This document shows, one piece after another, positions 27,102-40,632 of a stretch of DNA of 64,000 nt. The notes beneath the pieces were generated by a model that was not told where the DNA came from, did not search any database, and saw only the letters and a list, made by a program, of their open reading frames with translations. This DNA comes from Paramecium tetraurelia (taxonomy: Eukaryota): positions 102,096-166,095 of the forward strand of contig CT868541.1 of NCBI GenBank assembly GCA_000165425.1, given 5' to 3'. The translations under genes were made by a program, and so were the position numbers. Every line of letters starts with the position of its first letter. Position 1 is the stretch's first letter.

Positions 27102-28949
27102 ATGAATATTTTTGAAAAATCAAAATGTTGTGTATGTTCAAAGACTCTTCAAATATTGTAATTAATTCTAATCATAATTTTAGCCTTATGCGTTTATCTA
27201 GCCAGTGTAAAAGGTGTCATTAAGATGTGTGTCTCCCTTGTAGCAGCAATCAAATCAAGGTAATTCCATTTCATCTACAAAGTTATATGCTATTCCGAAT
27301 GAATTGGTTAGAGAGTTTGAAAAACCATAAAGAGTTTGTGATAATTGTTACAGAGATTACCTGTATTATCAGGATTTGATCAAAGTATACAAAATAAAAT
27401 GGAATACTAAATCACTTCTCATGAGCAAAATATTGGGTGACAAAAAGAGAAAGATTAAGTTTAAACAGCCTCTAGAGTTGTTTGATAAACAGAACATTGA
27501 AAAGGATATACTGACTGGAAGATCAGATGCTCATCTATTAAATTACAGCATAAGAGAATTCGTAACCCAGAGTTAATAAGGACTGTAACAAGAAGAAATT
27601 AGGAAATCGATTATTCGTGTTTTGGAACTATTCGTAGCTCATAATCCAACTATTGGGTATTGTTAGGGGATGAATTATATTGCAATTATTTGTTTATGCA
27701 TAGCAGATGAGGAAGGGGCCTTTCTTCTAATGAATCAACTCTTTAATGAGATTATACCTCCAAGATTCTTCTCAAATTCGTAAGGAGCATCTTTAATTGG
27801 CTATCAGGCTGAACTTAACTTTCTTCAAGAGATGATTGGTGTTAATGGTTTCTAAAATAGAGAATCCTTATCTCAATTTATCGAACTTTTCGGACCATAA
27901 CTCCTATTAACTTTGATGATTTAAGTGCTTAATACCAGTTCATTGTTAGTCACTTGGATTGAAATGTTCAAACTCAAATCCTTTATTCCTATTGACAATG
28001 TTATACTGTACACTCTAAATACTGCGACTAAAGGTTAAAATCTAATGCATCCTAAAATTCTAAATAACATAGGAAAATGTATTTATATGTTCCTATTAAA
28101 TACAAGTTGTTCATTATCCCAATTTAATTGAAATGTTTAAAAAGGAGAAAGCTTACTTTACAAAATTTGAAAGGACAATCTACATAGAGTAATATTACTC
28201 AAAAACAAGTCGATCATGGGTGAAAAATGATCCTATCATCTTGAATAAATTAAAAAAAATATCAAATCTTGATATTGATGAAATTACAACGCTGCAAACA
28301 GAATTCAAAAAGTATTGTTTAGAGAAAAGAACCATTTAAGTTGATTAATAGTAAAGAAAAAGTATGAAATAATTAGCATAATTGACTGATTCATCTGATG
28401 AAGATGGAGATGATCGATATAGAGAGTCTTTAATAATATAATAATTTAAACTCTAAAAATATGGCATCAATATAAATACATTTCTTACATTTATGGTAAT
28501 ATCATCAGTTATTTATATATAAATAGGAGATATTTTTACGAAAAGAGTCCGAACATTATACTTTAGATTAAGAAAAATTGTAGTTAATTTTTAACTTATT
28601 TGATGAAAATAAATCAGAACTCTTAGATTTTAGAGAATTTCTCATTTGTTTAAGCATTTTGCTGAGAGGATCTTTTGCCGATAAGTTTAAGATGCTCTTC
28701 ACTGCTCATACCTAGAACGTCTTGAAATTTTAAGATTTTGAAACACTTCTCTCCCTACTTATACCCTATGATATATAATAAACAAAGGAGTATACTGAAT
28801 TCTAATAGAGAATCGTTCAGCCTTATTTCACATACTTTGATATGTTGAGAGTATTAAAAGATCCCTTGATTGTTCAATTAGAAGTGAACAAAGAGATGAC
28901 TGCGTCTCAGATTAAGAAATTAAATTCATATAAAGGAATAATAGATTGA
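27102..28949 (+). CDS. FYVE zinc finger + TBC (Rab-GAP) + EF-hand protein
   Basis: CCVC..CKRC..CLPC..RVCDNC; IEKDILTGRS..HNPTIGYCQGMNYI..EEGAF; FNLFDENKSELLDFREFLICLSILLRG. Confidence 0.88.
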
Positions 28950-28957
28950 TGAGATTA

Positions 28958-29691
28958 TCACATATTTGATTATTTATTTATTCTTTCACGGCATTGCTTA
29001 GGTAGATCTTCATCATCAAAGTTAGTTTCTCTCTTTTCGTTAAAAGAAAGTTTATCCCTCTATTCTTCTAAAGGGATGTTTTCTGATAATTTTTGCAATT
29101 CATCCAAAAATAACATTGGATCATTTTCTTCTAAATTATCATCTTTTGTATTTTCATTGGAAGATTTTAAGGCATCAATGACCTCTCCTTTATCCTTCAA
29201 TTTGGCCAATATTCTTGTGCCTATATTTCCTGGATCATTTGATTAAGCAAGTTCGTAATCCTCATCGTTCTCCTAATAGTATTCCATTTTCAGGTTAAGT
29301 TAAGTTGCATCACTTTTAGCACTGCATTTCTTTTAATGAATTTATAAGTTATCTATAACACCTTTCCATTTACAACCATAGTTTCTATTTAAACAATAAA
29401 CAGCCAGTTCACTTATAATTCCTGCAGCAATACGATCAGCTTTGATAAATTTCAAATATACATTAGAAGTCCTTTTATTTTGTATTTGCTCTGCATTGAG
29501 GACAATTAGGATGATCCTTCAACCAGAAAACAATGCATGGTTTACAAAAAGTATGGCTTCATAATATTAAATTAATACCCGCATTTTAATCTAGTGGGTT
29601 CATCAAAAACAGCCGAACAAATAGTACACTTTAAGTATTTTGATATAGAATGTTCATTTACAAAATTTCGCTCCTATTTTATACTTTCCAT
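28958..29691 (-). CDS. RING (C3HC4) + TRAF-type zinc-finger protein
   Basis: CTIC..PTRLKCGHTFCKPC..CPQCR, followed by YCLNRNYGCKWKG..H..C. Confidence 0.88.
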
Positions 29692-30022
29692 TATTTAATT
29701 AATAATTAATAATTAATTATAATTCTATTAATTATATATAAATAACTAAAACTCTTTAATTGAATAGAAAATCTGAAATTTTGATAATTATTTATTCAAT
29801 CAAATCTCAATATAAATTTGATATTATTAATATATTAAAAAGATACTCATGATTAAATATAGAGATTATTGATAAATTAGAATCTTGAAATATACCATTT
29901 TATATAAGTTCACTTGAGTACACCAAGAAATACGTTTTAATTCTTCTTAAACATTTTATTTTAAATATATATATTAAATACTTGGAATTAAATTTTTATT
30001 TATAATTAAAATAAATTTTAAC

Positions 30023-31428
30023 ATGTCTGAAATTGAGCAGTTAACTTAGTAGAAGTAGGAGATTGAGAAAAGTCAAGCAATTTCAAATTAATGGGTTCAA
30101 TTAAAGAAGAATCTATCATCTAAATTCAAAAATCCTGCAGATGCCTTTAAATCATTATGCAAGGAAGGGAAAGATGTTTTAGCTATAGAAGATTTTGGAG
30201 ATTATGCTAAAGGATTGGATTTGTAAGATTATTGAAATATAATAAATAGAACCTAAGTATTTAAAGACATTACATTAAATGAAGAAAACTTTTCCAAAGC
30301 TTGGGAATAATGGGAGTACAAATACAAATAAAATGATCACAAATTACAAATCATTAATGAGAAACTATAACTTTTGACTATGTTGGATAATGGTGAAATG
30401 CCTAAAGAAGCTTCAAGAGGATTAGATACAGCACCAAATAAAAGAGTATAATCAATAGCAAATAATTGTGAAACATTAGAAAAACTACAAGAGAAACTGG
30501 ATAGTCTAGTCAATGAGGGATAAAAATAGAAAGAAAAATAAGATGTAGTTCAAAATGAACAAGATTGTTTTGCATAATTCTTAGCTAAGAAATCGGAAGT
30601 CAAATAACCAGAACTTCATGTTACCAAACTTCAATAAAAAAATAACGAAGAAGAAGAAGGCAGTAATCCATCTAAGGCTAAACGAAGTTATATTGATTCT
30701 ACCTATTCATATTCTAGGAATAAGGGTGCTTATGGAAGTACAGGTAATTTACTTCAAAGTAGTCTCTAAAATAAAGGTTCTTTAGGAAATAGTCAAATAT
30801 CCCTTAAATCCTCCTTTATCATTGAATCTTAAATTTAGATATCTCCTCAAAAGGCAGCATAAAACTTGAAAAATTATGTTCCAAATCCATAATAATAATT
30901 AAAGTCACCTTATGAAGAAAGACAGGTACTAGAAGAAAGAAAGTCTCAAAAAGCAAACAGAATGAAAGGGGATCTTCAAAACTATATATCAGATTTATTT
31001 TAGAATGAGAGAGAACAAAGGTAATAAATAAGAACATTTGAAAAACCATCATCCCAAGGTTTAGCTGGTTTTGTTACATCAAAAAGATTATATTAGAATG
31101 CATCCAATAAATAATCATTCGTGGATAATGATTCTTAGAATGTGTCTAAGAGAGTGCAAACTATTAGGTATTATTGAAATATGATAGTAGATATAAATTG
31201 GATGACTTTTAATCATAAAAGTTAGCGTAATATAGTTATGTTCCAAGAACAGTGCCAGATTGGACTCCTGATAGACCAGTGAGATTGTCAAATCCTAAAC
31301 CGAAATAGCCAAGTCCTAAATATACTTCTGGAAATACTCATAGATTAAATCTAAATTATTTGAAGCAAGAAAAGGAAAAGGAGTCACATGAACAAAAATA
31401 GGAGGAGTAGCCATAAGCAAATTGTTGA
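30023..31428 (+). CDS. Hypothetical coiled-coil / low-complexity protein
   Basis: Ciliate-code ORF with tiny introns. The N-terminus is weakly EF-hand-like. Confidence 0.65.
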
Positions 31429-31479
31429 TTTATTATTTATTAATAATATAAATACATATTGATTTTTATTTTGGTTATA

Positions 31480-32744
31480 TAATTCATTTTATCTTCATTT
31501 CATTTATTAAATATGTAACTTATCAAATTAGCCAACCAAGATTAATTTTACTATTTTAACTTCAATTTTTATTTCTCTTTTTGTATATAATCGTTATAAA
31601 GGAAATCTGTTAATTTAATCAATTCTAAACAGTAATGGCCAATTAAGGATTTATATAAGATTATCAAATCAGAATGTTGAGGATTAAAGATATCACAGAT
31701 TCCCCGAGGAAACTTTCTATATTTAATATTTTCATTTATTACCTTCCATAGATGAGGAAATTTCCTACTTGAAATTATTCTACTGATCTTATGATCACAT
31801 AAGAAGGTGTAGGTCCAAATTGACTTTTCTCTTGGAAGTTGTTATTGCATTAGAATTTGAACAAATCAATATGATAATGGTTAATCAAATCATTAAATTG
31901 TTATTTAAGCTAGTTAATCTCCCTTTGCTAGGATGGGAATAACATTCACCAATTCACTTATTTGTTTGAGTGCTTACAAATCTTCAGTTTAAATTCTAGG
32001 GCCAGAGAAAAAGTAAAAACATACATGCACTCTTTCATCCAAATCTTATTAAGACAATTACTAAAATTTCTCTTTTTTTTCATATTATTGATTTTATCTT
32101 TGTTGATAAGACTTAAATTAAATCTCAATGTATCCACACAGTAGCTTAAGCCAAGATCTGAGACTGTGTTGACGTTTGAAACCAGGAGTGTCAATAAATT
32201 TGATATTCAAAGTTAAATCATTTTGGTTGAGGATACCTTTGTTTTTGAATGAATGAAGTAACCTTATATTTCTTGGATTTGTAGAGTCGAATCTCGTATG
32301 ATTTGACCATTGCCTAACATCTTTTTGAGTAAGATATCAATGAAAGTGGATTCCCCAATCCTGACTAACCAGCAACCATAATGTTCAGATAAATCTAGAT
32401 GTAAAAGATACTCAATAAGGGCTATAATCTCAGATCCAGGATATGAATCCCCCAAAGATTCGACTATTTGCGATTCATACTATGACTTTTCTATGTCCAA
32501 TTGAATTTTTGGTTAGGGTTATTTTAGAGAAGAGGAATTACAAGATGAAGGAGTACATTTTACTTCTATTAGTATTCCTAGGTTTGACTAGCTTATTCAT
32601 CAAATTTATGATCACTTTACTTGATTGTATCAGTTAATCCATTGATGATTGAGAAATCCTCTGTTCTTTATGTATTATCTAATTAAATTGGCTTTAAATT
32701 TGATTACAAGAAGTCTCACGTTTAGTTCTTTTGAAATCTTGCAT
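31480..32744 (-). pseudogene. Septin-family GTPase pseudogene
   Basis: LNIMVAGQSGLG[K]STFID, IKFIDTPGF, DERVHVCFYF, LVNVIPILAKGD, GRKFPRG..NPQHSD. One base is missing in the P-loop Lys codon (~32351) and there is a frameshifting deletion after AKGD (~31915). The 3' end is approximate. Confidence 0.8.
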
Positions 32745-32891
32745 TATAAAATTATATATTAATTAAACCAAAATCAGATTAAGGAGGTTTATTATTAGTT
32801 GATGGTAAATTATGGATTTTTGTTAAGAATAATAGAGACAAATGAAAAAGAAATAATAATCTTTTTAAGGCGAATATAATTTATTTATATA

Positions 32892-34652
32892 ATGATTATT
32901 AAGTCTAAAGCTACAGTAACTAAGATTAAGTTGCCACAAATAGCAATGAATCACGTTCGTGAACGATCAACTCACCATTCAAAGGCAAGATCCTTGAACC
33001 CATCTCAGTCTCCGACATCTAAAATGCTATAGCCAACAACTCCTTTGCATTCAACTCATCATAAAAACTCCTCATATTATCACTATTCCAGCATTATGAA
33101 AATAGATTAGGTTCCTCTCAACGAAGTGGAAATGTTTAATTGCTTATATAAGCCACTCGATGCCACAACGACAACTAAAAACAAAGAAAGTCCTATGAAG
33201 CGTATTCGCAACAATAGCAATGAAAACTTTTAGAATCACTTCATGATATCTCGAGATCCACGTAGAAGTGCCCCTGATTTAGACATGTATCCAAACTATT
33301 TGAAAAAGCCTCAGTAATAAAATCAAACAAAAAGTATTGAAATAAGGGAGAAGATCATGGAAATATACAATTAGGTAGTGAAGTTACTGCAAAATCACAA
33401 AGGATATGTAAGATAAGTGGAAAAGAAGCAGGCTGTGATTACATTAGTAAAGTTAAGAAAAGAGTTCATGCTTTTGAATTAGGATTATAATGAATATTAT
33501 GTATTACCAGTAGCTGAGCCTGATCTTGATTTTAAGAATAGAATGGAAATGCTTATTAACTGGTTTCAACCTCATAAATTACAAAAGAGCAATAGAATCA
33601 ATCTATTATTCAATTTTGATGAATCATTTAATACTGCTGAACAAAGTTAGATAATGCAATTATTGTCTGATTAATTTAGTGATCAAGATTAGAATTATTC
33701 AACCTCTCAGTAATCTTGTGAGAACCTATCAGAAGTCTCTGGAGCAATCAGTCAATCGAAAAGAAATGCCTAATAGAACAGAACTACTAAAGGGTCAGTT
33801 TCAAGATAATCAAAACTCATAAATCCAATTGAGTAATTATAAATTTAACAAATCCAAGTTGACTAATAAAAATAGAAACACAAAAATAGTAAATAAGATT
33901 TAAAGGATTCTAAAACTTAAATACCTCGAAAATATACTAAATTAAGTATTGAAGATATCATAGATCAATAGGAAAAGAATGCTAATATAAATTATTTTGA
34001 TGATGATGAAGAACCAAGTGAAAATGGGACGGGTGATAAAGGTACAGATACAAGGAGAAGAGCAAAGAGGGATGCAAAAATGATAAGCAGGAAAAATGCT
34101 ATTCTTGGAGCTAATGGTTAACCGGTTGATAAGAAGAACTACAGAATCAATACGGATGGGTAGATGGTCAGTGATCAAATGTCTGATTAGGATAAATCTA
34201 GTGAGAATAGAAGGTAATCTGAAGAGACAAATCGAAATGGGTTGGAAAATAGAGAAGATCTATTATCCAATCAGGAATAGATTGATGAGATACTAAATCA
34301 AGTTGAAAATGATTTAATTACTTATTAGAAGATTGATGAAAACGATAATAGAAGAAAAACAAGTAAAGCTATGGAATTCAATATGGACAATAACTAACAA
34401 GGTTAAAGTAGATTTTAGAGATAGTAAACTAAATATGACCAAAATCTAATAATTAAATAAAGTCAGATTTATAAAACAGAGGCAGAGTTTTTAAATTAAA
34501 CAATTGATTAAACTGGTTTGATTGAAGCCTTGTATAATTGTTAATATATCTATGATTCTCGAATTCTGGATTTATATAGAATAGACAAATAATATACAAC
34601 TTGGGATGATGATATAGATTATATTTACTGTGGAGAATATTAATTCAGATGA
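32892..34652 (+). CDS. Hypothetical protein (586 aa, intronless, acidic/Gln-rich)
   Basis: 587-codon ATG..TGA ORF in the ciliate code. Confidence 0.75.
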
Positions 34653-34683
34653 TTTATTATATATATATAATGTTTATTAATGA

Positions 34684-36827
34684 TCATTATTAACTTTTTT
34701 CCTGTGCTTTTTACAATAAATCAAAGAAATTGATTGAGGAACTTCCTGTTGGTAGATTGAGAAAGCCCATAGCTGTAAAAGCTTGAAGATGTAACTTAAA
34801 TCCATCTATATTATCATAATTGGAAAATGTTGGACATAAAAATATTAAGTGTTTGCTTATTAACAAATTGAATCCCATTTTCAGAGCGGCAGCTAAAGAT
34901 TAAGAATAAGAATACTATGATCATAATCCATAATTATTGACAATATCTTCAATATTATATCCATCACAGATTCTGCTGTTAGAATCTAAGGAGGGAATGC
35001 AAAATAATGATGGATATCCAAAGATTTAACTATATTATAATTATGTTAATTTTACGTTTAAACACTTCTCTTTGAATTTCATAACATTGACTTCTTTGAT
35101 CAAGAATAAATTCTTCAATTGGCATTAGTTGTTTATAATTAACTTATACTTTCTTCTCATTCAGAAACTTAAACAGTTTCTTATTGGCTTTATTCAATTC
35201 AGCATGTTATCTAAGAATAACTGAATAGTGACCATTAGATAAGGGTAAAAAGGATTCTAAATCTTATGGAAGGATATTCAAAACAACCAAAGCGTCACAT
35301 TTGTTAATGACTTTTGTGGCAATCTCACAATCTTAGATGGTAATTGATTTGAATATATCTATTTAGTGCTCAAACAATCCTTCACAATTTGTTTATGCAC
35401 TGCTTTTCTTGTATGAATTTATTCTCCCTCTTTTAATACAACTATAATCGTCGATATAGTTATCAACAGGTTTGCATAACAACATTTAACCATCCATTAG
35501 TGGGAATGGATGTAAAATTAAGGCATAGTCATTTCTAAATTTATGGACTAACAATTCAGAGACATCAATTTTATCAGGCTTTTCTTAATTATTGTTGAGG
35601 ATAGTTTCAATATCCTCCTGTAAATCCAAAACTGGTCCCCCTCCAATTGATTATACTTAATCTAATTCTTGTTGTTCATTAGTAGGATTGATTTATTCTT
35701 GTTATTAATCTGCGCCTTATTGATCAGTCTATAAAGGTTCTTCAACCTAATCATTTTTTATGGCATCTAGTTCTCCCTCTTCATTCGGTTACTCAACAAT
35801 GGGTTGAGTTTGAATTGTCGCCTTTGGAGATGAGTTGGTATCATTTAATTCATTAGTGTCTCTTCTGATATCAGGTGAGATCATGCCTGAATAAGATTAG
35901 ATAATATATTACTATTCTTATGAGATTGTTCCCTCTCTCTCTGTTATGCCAATTCTTGTAGTTGTTATTAGAGTTATTCTTATTCCAAAGTAAGGAACCT
36001 GGCTGTTTCACTAAACCATAAGATTTGTTTGATTACTAATTTACCATCCTCTTTGACTTCAACATCTACATAATTAGATTCTTGAATAGCTTCTTTGTTT
36101 TCTTCGAAATAGTGAGATTCTTGTAATTTTTTGATTGGTCTCAATCTATCATCGAACTTATAGAGAAACTAGAATAAAAGAGAGGAATCACCTTCATTCC
36201 ATTTCTAAAACTAGATGAGTAGATACTGTCAGTTGACAAGTTTCGTTTTACATCTGTTCGTATTAGATTATTAAGTGAATCATACCAAGTCTTCAATTTT
36301 TCCTTGACTCCACTTTTGAATGACTATTTGAATACACCATCTGTAGGCTGAACAATATTATTAGAATAGATGATGAGCATCTGTTATTCTATTTTCTCTA
36401 TCAAAGTTTTCTTGCCCCTCTGCAATTTTAACTTTTGATCCAATTCTTGTTTGGCTATTTTCTTATTGACATCTGGAGTGATGGGACCTTGTCTTAACTT
36501 GGGATCTGAGAAACCGAATCTACTCTCTGCCAATGCAATAAATGCCTAGATGATTTGCATGGTTGTACATTTCTATCTCCAATTAGACAACCATCCATCG
36601 TATATATGATGGGATTGCTCTTTTATTTAAATCCATAGATTCTGCAGATCTCATCAGCATATTATTCCCATTAAGTTAGATCTTTCAATACAATCTTGAA
36701 TGAGATTTCTGGGTAGTATTGTCTAATCAGATTGGCCATGTTCTCACACTATTATGTTAACATCAAGATAGAGTACTTCGGCTGTATCGACTTTATCGGA
36801 ACTGCCTGCTATTATATACGAACTCAT
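34684..36827 (-). CDS. Protein with an MDH1B/PPIL6-N-like (glutaredoxin-like) N-domain and a degenerate Ap4A-phosphorylase-like C-domain
   Basis: N-terminus SYIIAG..AECENMANLI..W..ICRIYGF..SNPII..LIG..F. C-terminus ELLVHKFRNDYALILHPFPLMDGQMLL, FEHQ..ITIQD, FNLLISKHLIFLCP, LQAFTAMGFLNL. Domain calls are by eye. Confidence 0.6.
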
Positions 36828-36876
36828 TTTAATTAATTATCTTTATTTGTATTGTACTATAATTAATGAATCTAAA

Positions 36877-37547
36877 TCAACGATTGGTTTTGGCAACTTT
36901 CTCTAATTCGTCTCTCTTTTTAATAGTGTATGACTTTTATCCGTCTTCATTGGATGCTGCAATCAATTCATCAGCTAAGGCTTCAGCGATTGTTTTCATC
37001 TTCTTAAATACAGAATCTCTAACACCTTTGGCCAAATTGTGAACAGCCTTTCATTATGATTGATATCCTTACCTCATTAACTCTTCTAATTGGAGCAACA
37101 TCAACAGCTTATTATTTGGCAACACCACCAGTTCCTACTTTTGTGAAATCTTCTCTTGCTCCACCTCTTTAGACTGCAAGTGACAACACTGCAAGTGGAT
37201 TCTTGCCTGTCAACAAATGAACAATTTCAAATGCATGTCTGATTATTGCCACAGCCTTTACTTTCTTACCTGTATTTCTGCCATGAAACATAAGTGCTCC
37301 AGCCAATCTCTCAACTATTGGGCATTAAGCCTTTCTAAACTTCTTTCTTTGATATCTATAACGATAATATTCAATCTCTATACCTTCCAGCAGTGTGAGG
37401 AACAAACACTCGTGATTTTGATGTTTGAACTGCAATATAATCTTTGAAGCATTAATCTGTTACTTGAACTTCATCGTAATCCCATTTTCCGAATAATTTA
37501 GGTTGATTTGCAAATTTGACTGTAGCTACAGATTCTTATTCAGCCAT
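36877..37547 (-). CDS. RPS5: 40S ribosomal protein S5 (uS7)
   Basis: [64 protein letters not shown]. Confidence 0.97.
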
Positions 37548-38552
37548 AATATTTTTTTTTAAAAGGATATTTTATTTATTTAAAATTTGATATATTTTGC
37601 ATGATTAAACATATCATTCAAAGTGACTAAAATCTTATCATACTCTAGCACTAATATATTGAACAATAATATCAATAATAACATCCAGCAATAGAATCAA
37701 AGTCCTTTGGTATACTTATTAAAATAGAAATTTATAATTAGAATAAGAATAAGAAATTTAGTTTATGAATTCAATACATAAAGTATTTAGAAATATCAAG
37801 ACATAAAAATCAATAATAGAATTCATGTAATGTTATCTTTAGAATATTTTCTCTTTCAAATAATAAATTGATAAATAATAATGCAATTCAATGTCAAAAA
37901 TATAAAAGGGTTTATAAATGGGATATTTTGATTTAGAAATTAAACTCTTCATTTCTAAATTCATCAGAGATTGTCGAATAACTTTCTGTGACCTTTACTT
38001 TTAATAGTTAAAATTAAGAATGATCAAAAACTTTCTAATTATCTATCACTCTAATTTTAATTATACATGATATTGTGAAATTTGTAGATGTATTTTGGAA
38101 CACTTAATTGTGTTTTTGCATCTCAAAAATAGAATATATGATACACTATCTAACACATCTATGCAGGATTTATAAATTCATCATTGAAATTTTGTAATTC
38201 TAATTACCATAGAAGTAGTTTAATGTGCCAATAGACTGGATAAATTATAGGAACCAATAAGAAATGATTAAAAGAAAAGTATTTTCTCTTAAAAATAAAA
38301 TTCAAAGTATTTAACCTTGTAATACAGAATAGTACTTGAAAAATCGAATTCACTGGGAATAACATTAAAAAGGATATTCTATAGAAATTAGTTATCGATT
38401 CCTGAAAAATGAGACTAATTGATTCAGTCAAAGTTGAACTTTTAAAATACATATGTGAACAGTATGAAACCGAAAAAAATTTTGAAGTATGATTAAAAAG
38501 AGATATAACAAATGCAAACAATGATGAAAAAATAATTATTTATATAATAATA

Positions 38553-39237
38553 ATGGATTTACATCATTCTAAATCTTATGGAGTTTTCAATGAGTTGAAC
38601 TGTCAGCTTTTTAAACCAAAACCTCATTCTTTCAGACTTTAAATTGGTAATTAATCTCTTTAAGTTCTGAGGTTCATTACCTACTGAGATACCACAAGTT
38701 CTAAAATAGGCCCTAGTCACTCCTTCTACAAATGACAATGATTCAAAGTATTATAATCCGTAACTTAGTCACTCTCCTTCTCCATAATTAAGGGCTTTCA
38801 AATCTTACAGAGTCTCCACTGAAATGTTAAATGGATCTCCGATTGATTAGATATAATTAATTATGAGAGAAAATGAGAACTTGAAAAAATCATTGAACCA
38901 AAAACAGAAGATTATTGATACTTTGACTCGATCACATAAAACCAAAATTAGATTAGATTTCAACGATTTGAAAAAGAATTCAAGATCTCATATTTAACTT
39001 CAAAGTTAATAGGATGCCAATAAGCCAAAGTTAATTGAAGTAAAGTAGTCTGTCTCTCAAAATTATAATAAACGAACCAAATTGCCAAGAATTGAAGATC
39101 CTGTTCCAAAGGATGATGATCGTAATTTCACTTTCGCCAATAATTTTTTCAATGACAATGCCACTTCTCAACGTCAAAAGTTTAATTTTAAATAAGTGTT
39201 TGCCTAATCTCATTTGAAGAAGAAATTTTTCACTTGA
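38553..39237 (+). CDS. Hypothetical protein with short coiled coil
   Basis: Ciliate-code ORF with one tiny intron. Confidence 0.65.
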
Positions 39238-39259
39238 TAATTAATTCTATAAAAAATAA

Positions 39260-40557
39260 ATGAAAGACAATTATGATCTAATCACAACTTCTCAAGCCAT
39301 TTTCGATGTAGTCAAAAGAGGAAATTTGATTGAAGAAACTCGCGTTCAATACGAAATTAAATGTGTTGGAACTGAAATAGAAACTTCTTAAATGTAAAAA
39401 TTCCATATTGAATCTTCTAAGAGGATATGACACTGTTAAATATAAGTTTACAATAACTAAAATTGATTTGTTAACAGATAAAAAAAAGTCACACGATTTT
39501 GTTAGAAGGTATTAAAAAAATAATCTTAAACCAATAGATATACACATTTCCTATGGTTATAAAATGAATTGCAAAATAAATTAATAGGCAGAATTATTCC
39601 CAGTCTTCCTGAAAAATAGACTGGTTACGATAAAGATAAAAGGTAATCAATTATAAATATAATCAAATAGAAAATTAGAATTTGTCTACTTTATGTAAAA
39701 AATATTAAGTCATAAAAAATTCTAATCAGTTGATTGCATAGAACGATTTTTTAGCGAAGAATTAAAAGTAATTAATCAATTTATTTTTATTCTATAGGAA
39801 TATGAGGCATTTTAATAATATATTGACAATATGAGAGAGTCTTAATCAGTTATTAATAAGGTTATCAATACAGGATTATCATTTATGAACATGTTCTAAA
39901 GAGTTTACAATTATAACAATGTTCAAATATTCCCAAGAATTCCTGATGATCTTGATAAATAATTTGATGAATGTAAATTACTCATGATATTGTTTGAGAT
40001 AGGAAAGAATTCGAATTAAATAAGCTTAATACTGAAATCATAACTTTGGATCTTTAGAAAATAGTTTAGAAATTACAAACTTAAACAAGATCGTTATCAA
40101 GTAGTTTTGATATATTTAGTAAATGATATAAGTAATTTTAGTGAATGAGTGTTAGGGAACTGAAGAATTTAATATGCTAAAAATTATCATAAAGATCTAC
40201 GAGAGCTATGAAATTAAATTAAGATAAAAGTATATTTACAGGATGGAAGCGAGCATTAAAGATTATGATCAAGCGATCAAGTTGATAAATCTTTACAAGG
40301 ACTTAAAGGATTAGATCAACAAAGATTCTCAATTAATCAATAATCAAAATTACAAATCATAAATAGACGAACTGTAATAGCAAATTAGAATTAACAAAGA
40401 AAAGGTAGATTAATTGAATTTGAACTTTAATGATGATATTAAAATCTTTAGATAACAATAAAGTTGGTGTTTAAACGATGTGCAATAATATTTTTAAATT
40501 GATTTGAAAGAGTGTTATGATTCAATTAAATCATAGAAAACTGCTGAGCATGTTTGA
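39260..40557 (+). CDS. PX-domain protein (sorting nexin-like, helical C-terminus)
   Basis: After splicing: VRRYTHFLWLQNEL..GRIIPSLPEK..RKLEFVYFMQKILSH..IERFF. Confidence 0.8.
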
Positions 40558-40632
40558 AATCTATATAAATTAAATTATTTGGTATTAGACAAAACATTTA
40601 TAATTTATTTCAATTATTGATTATTTGAATTA

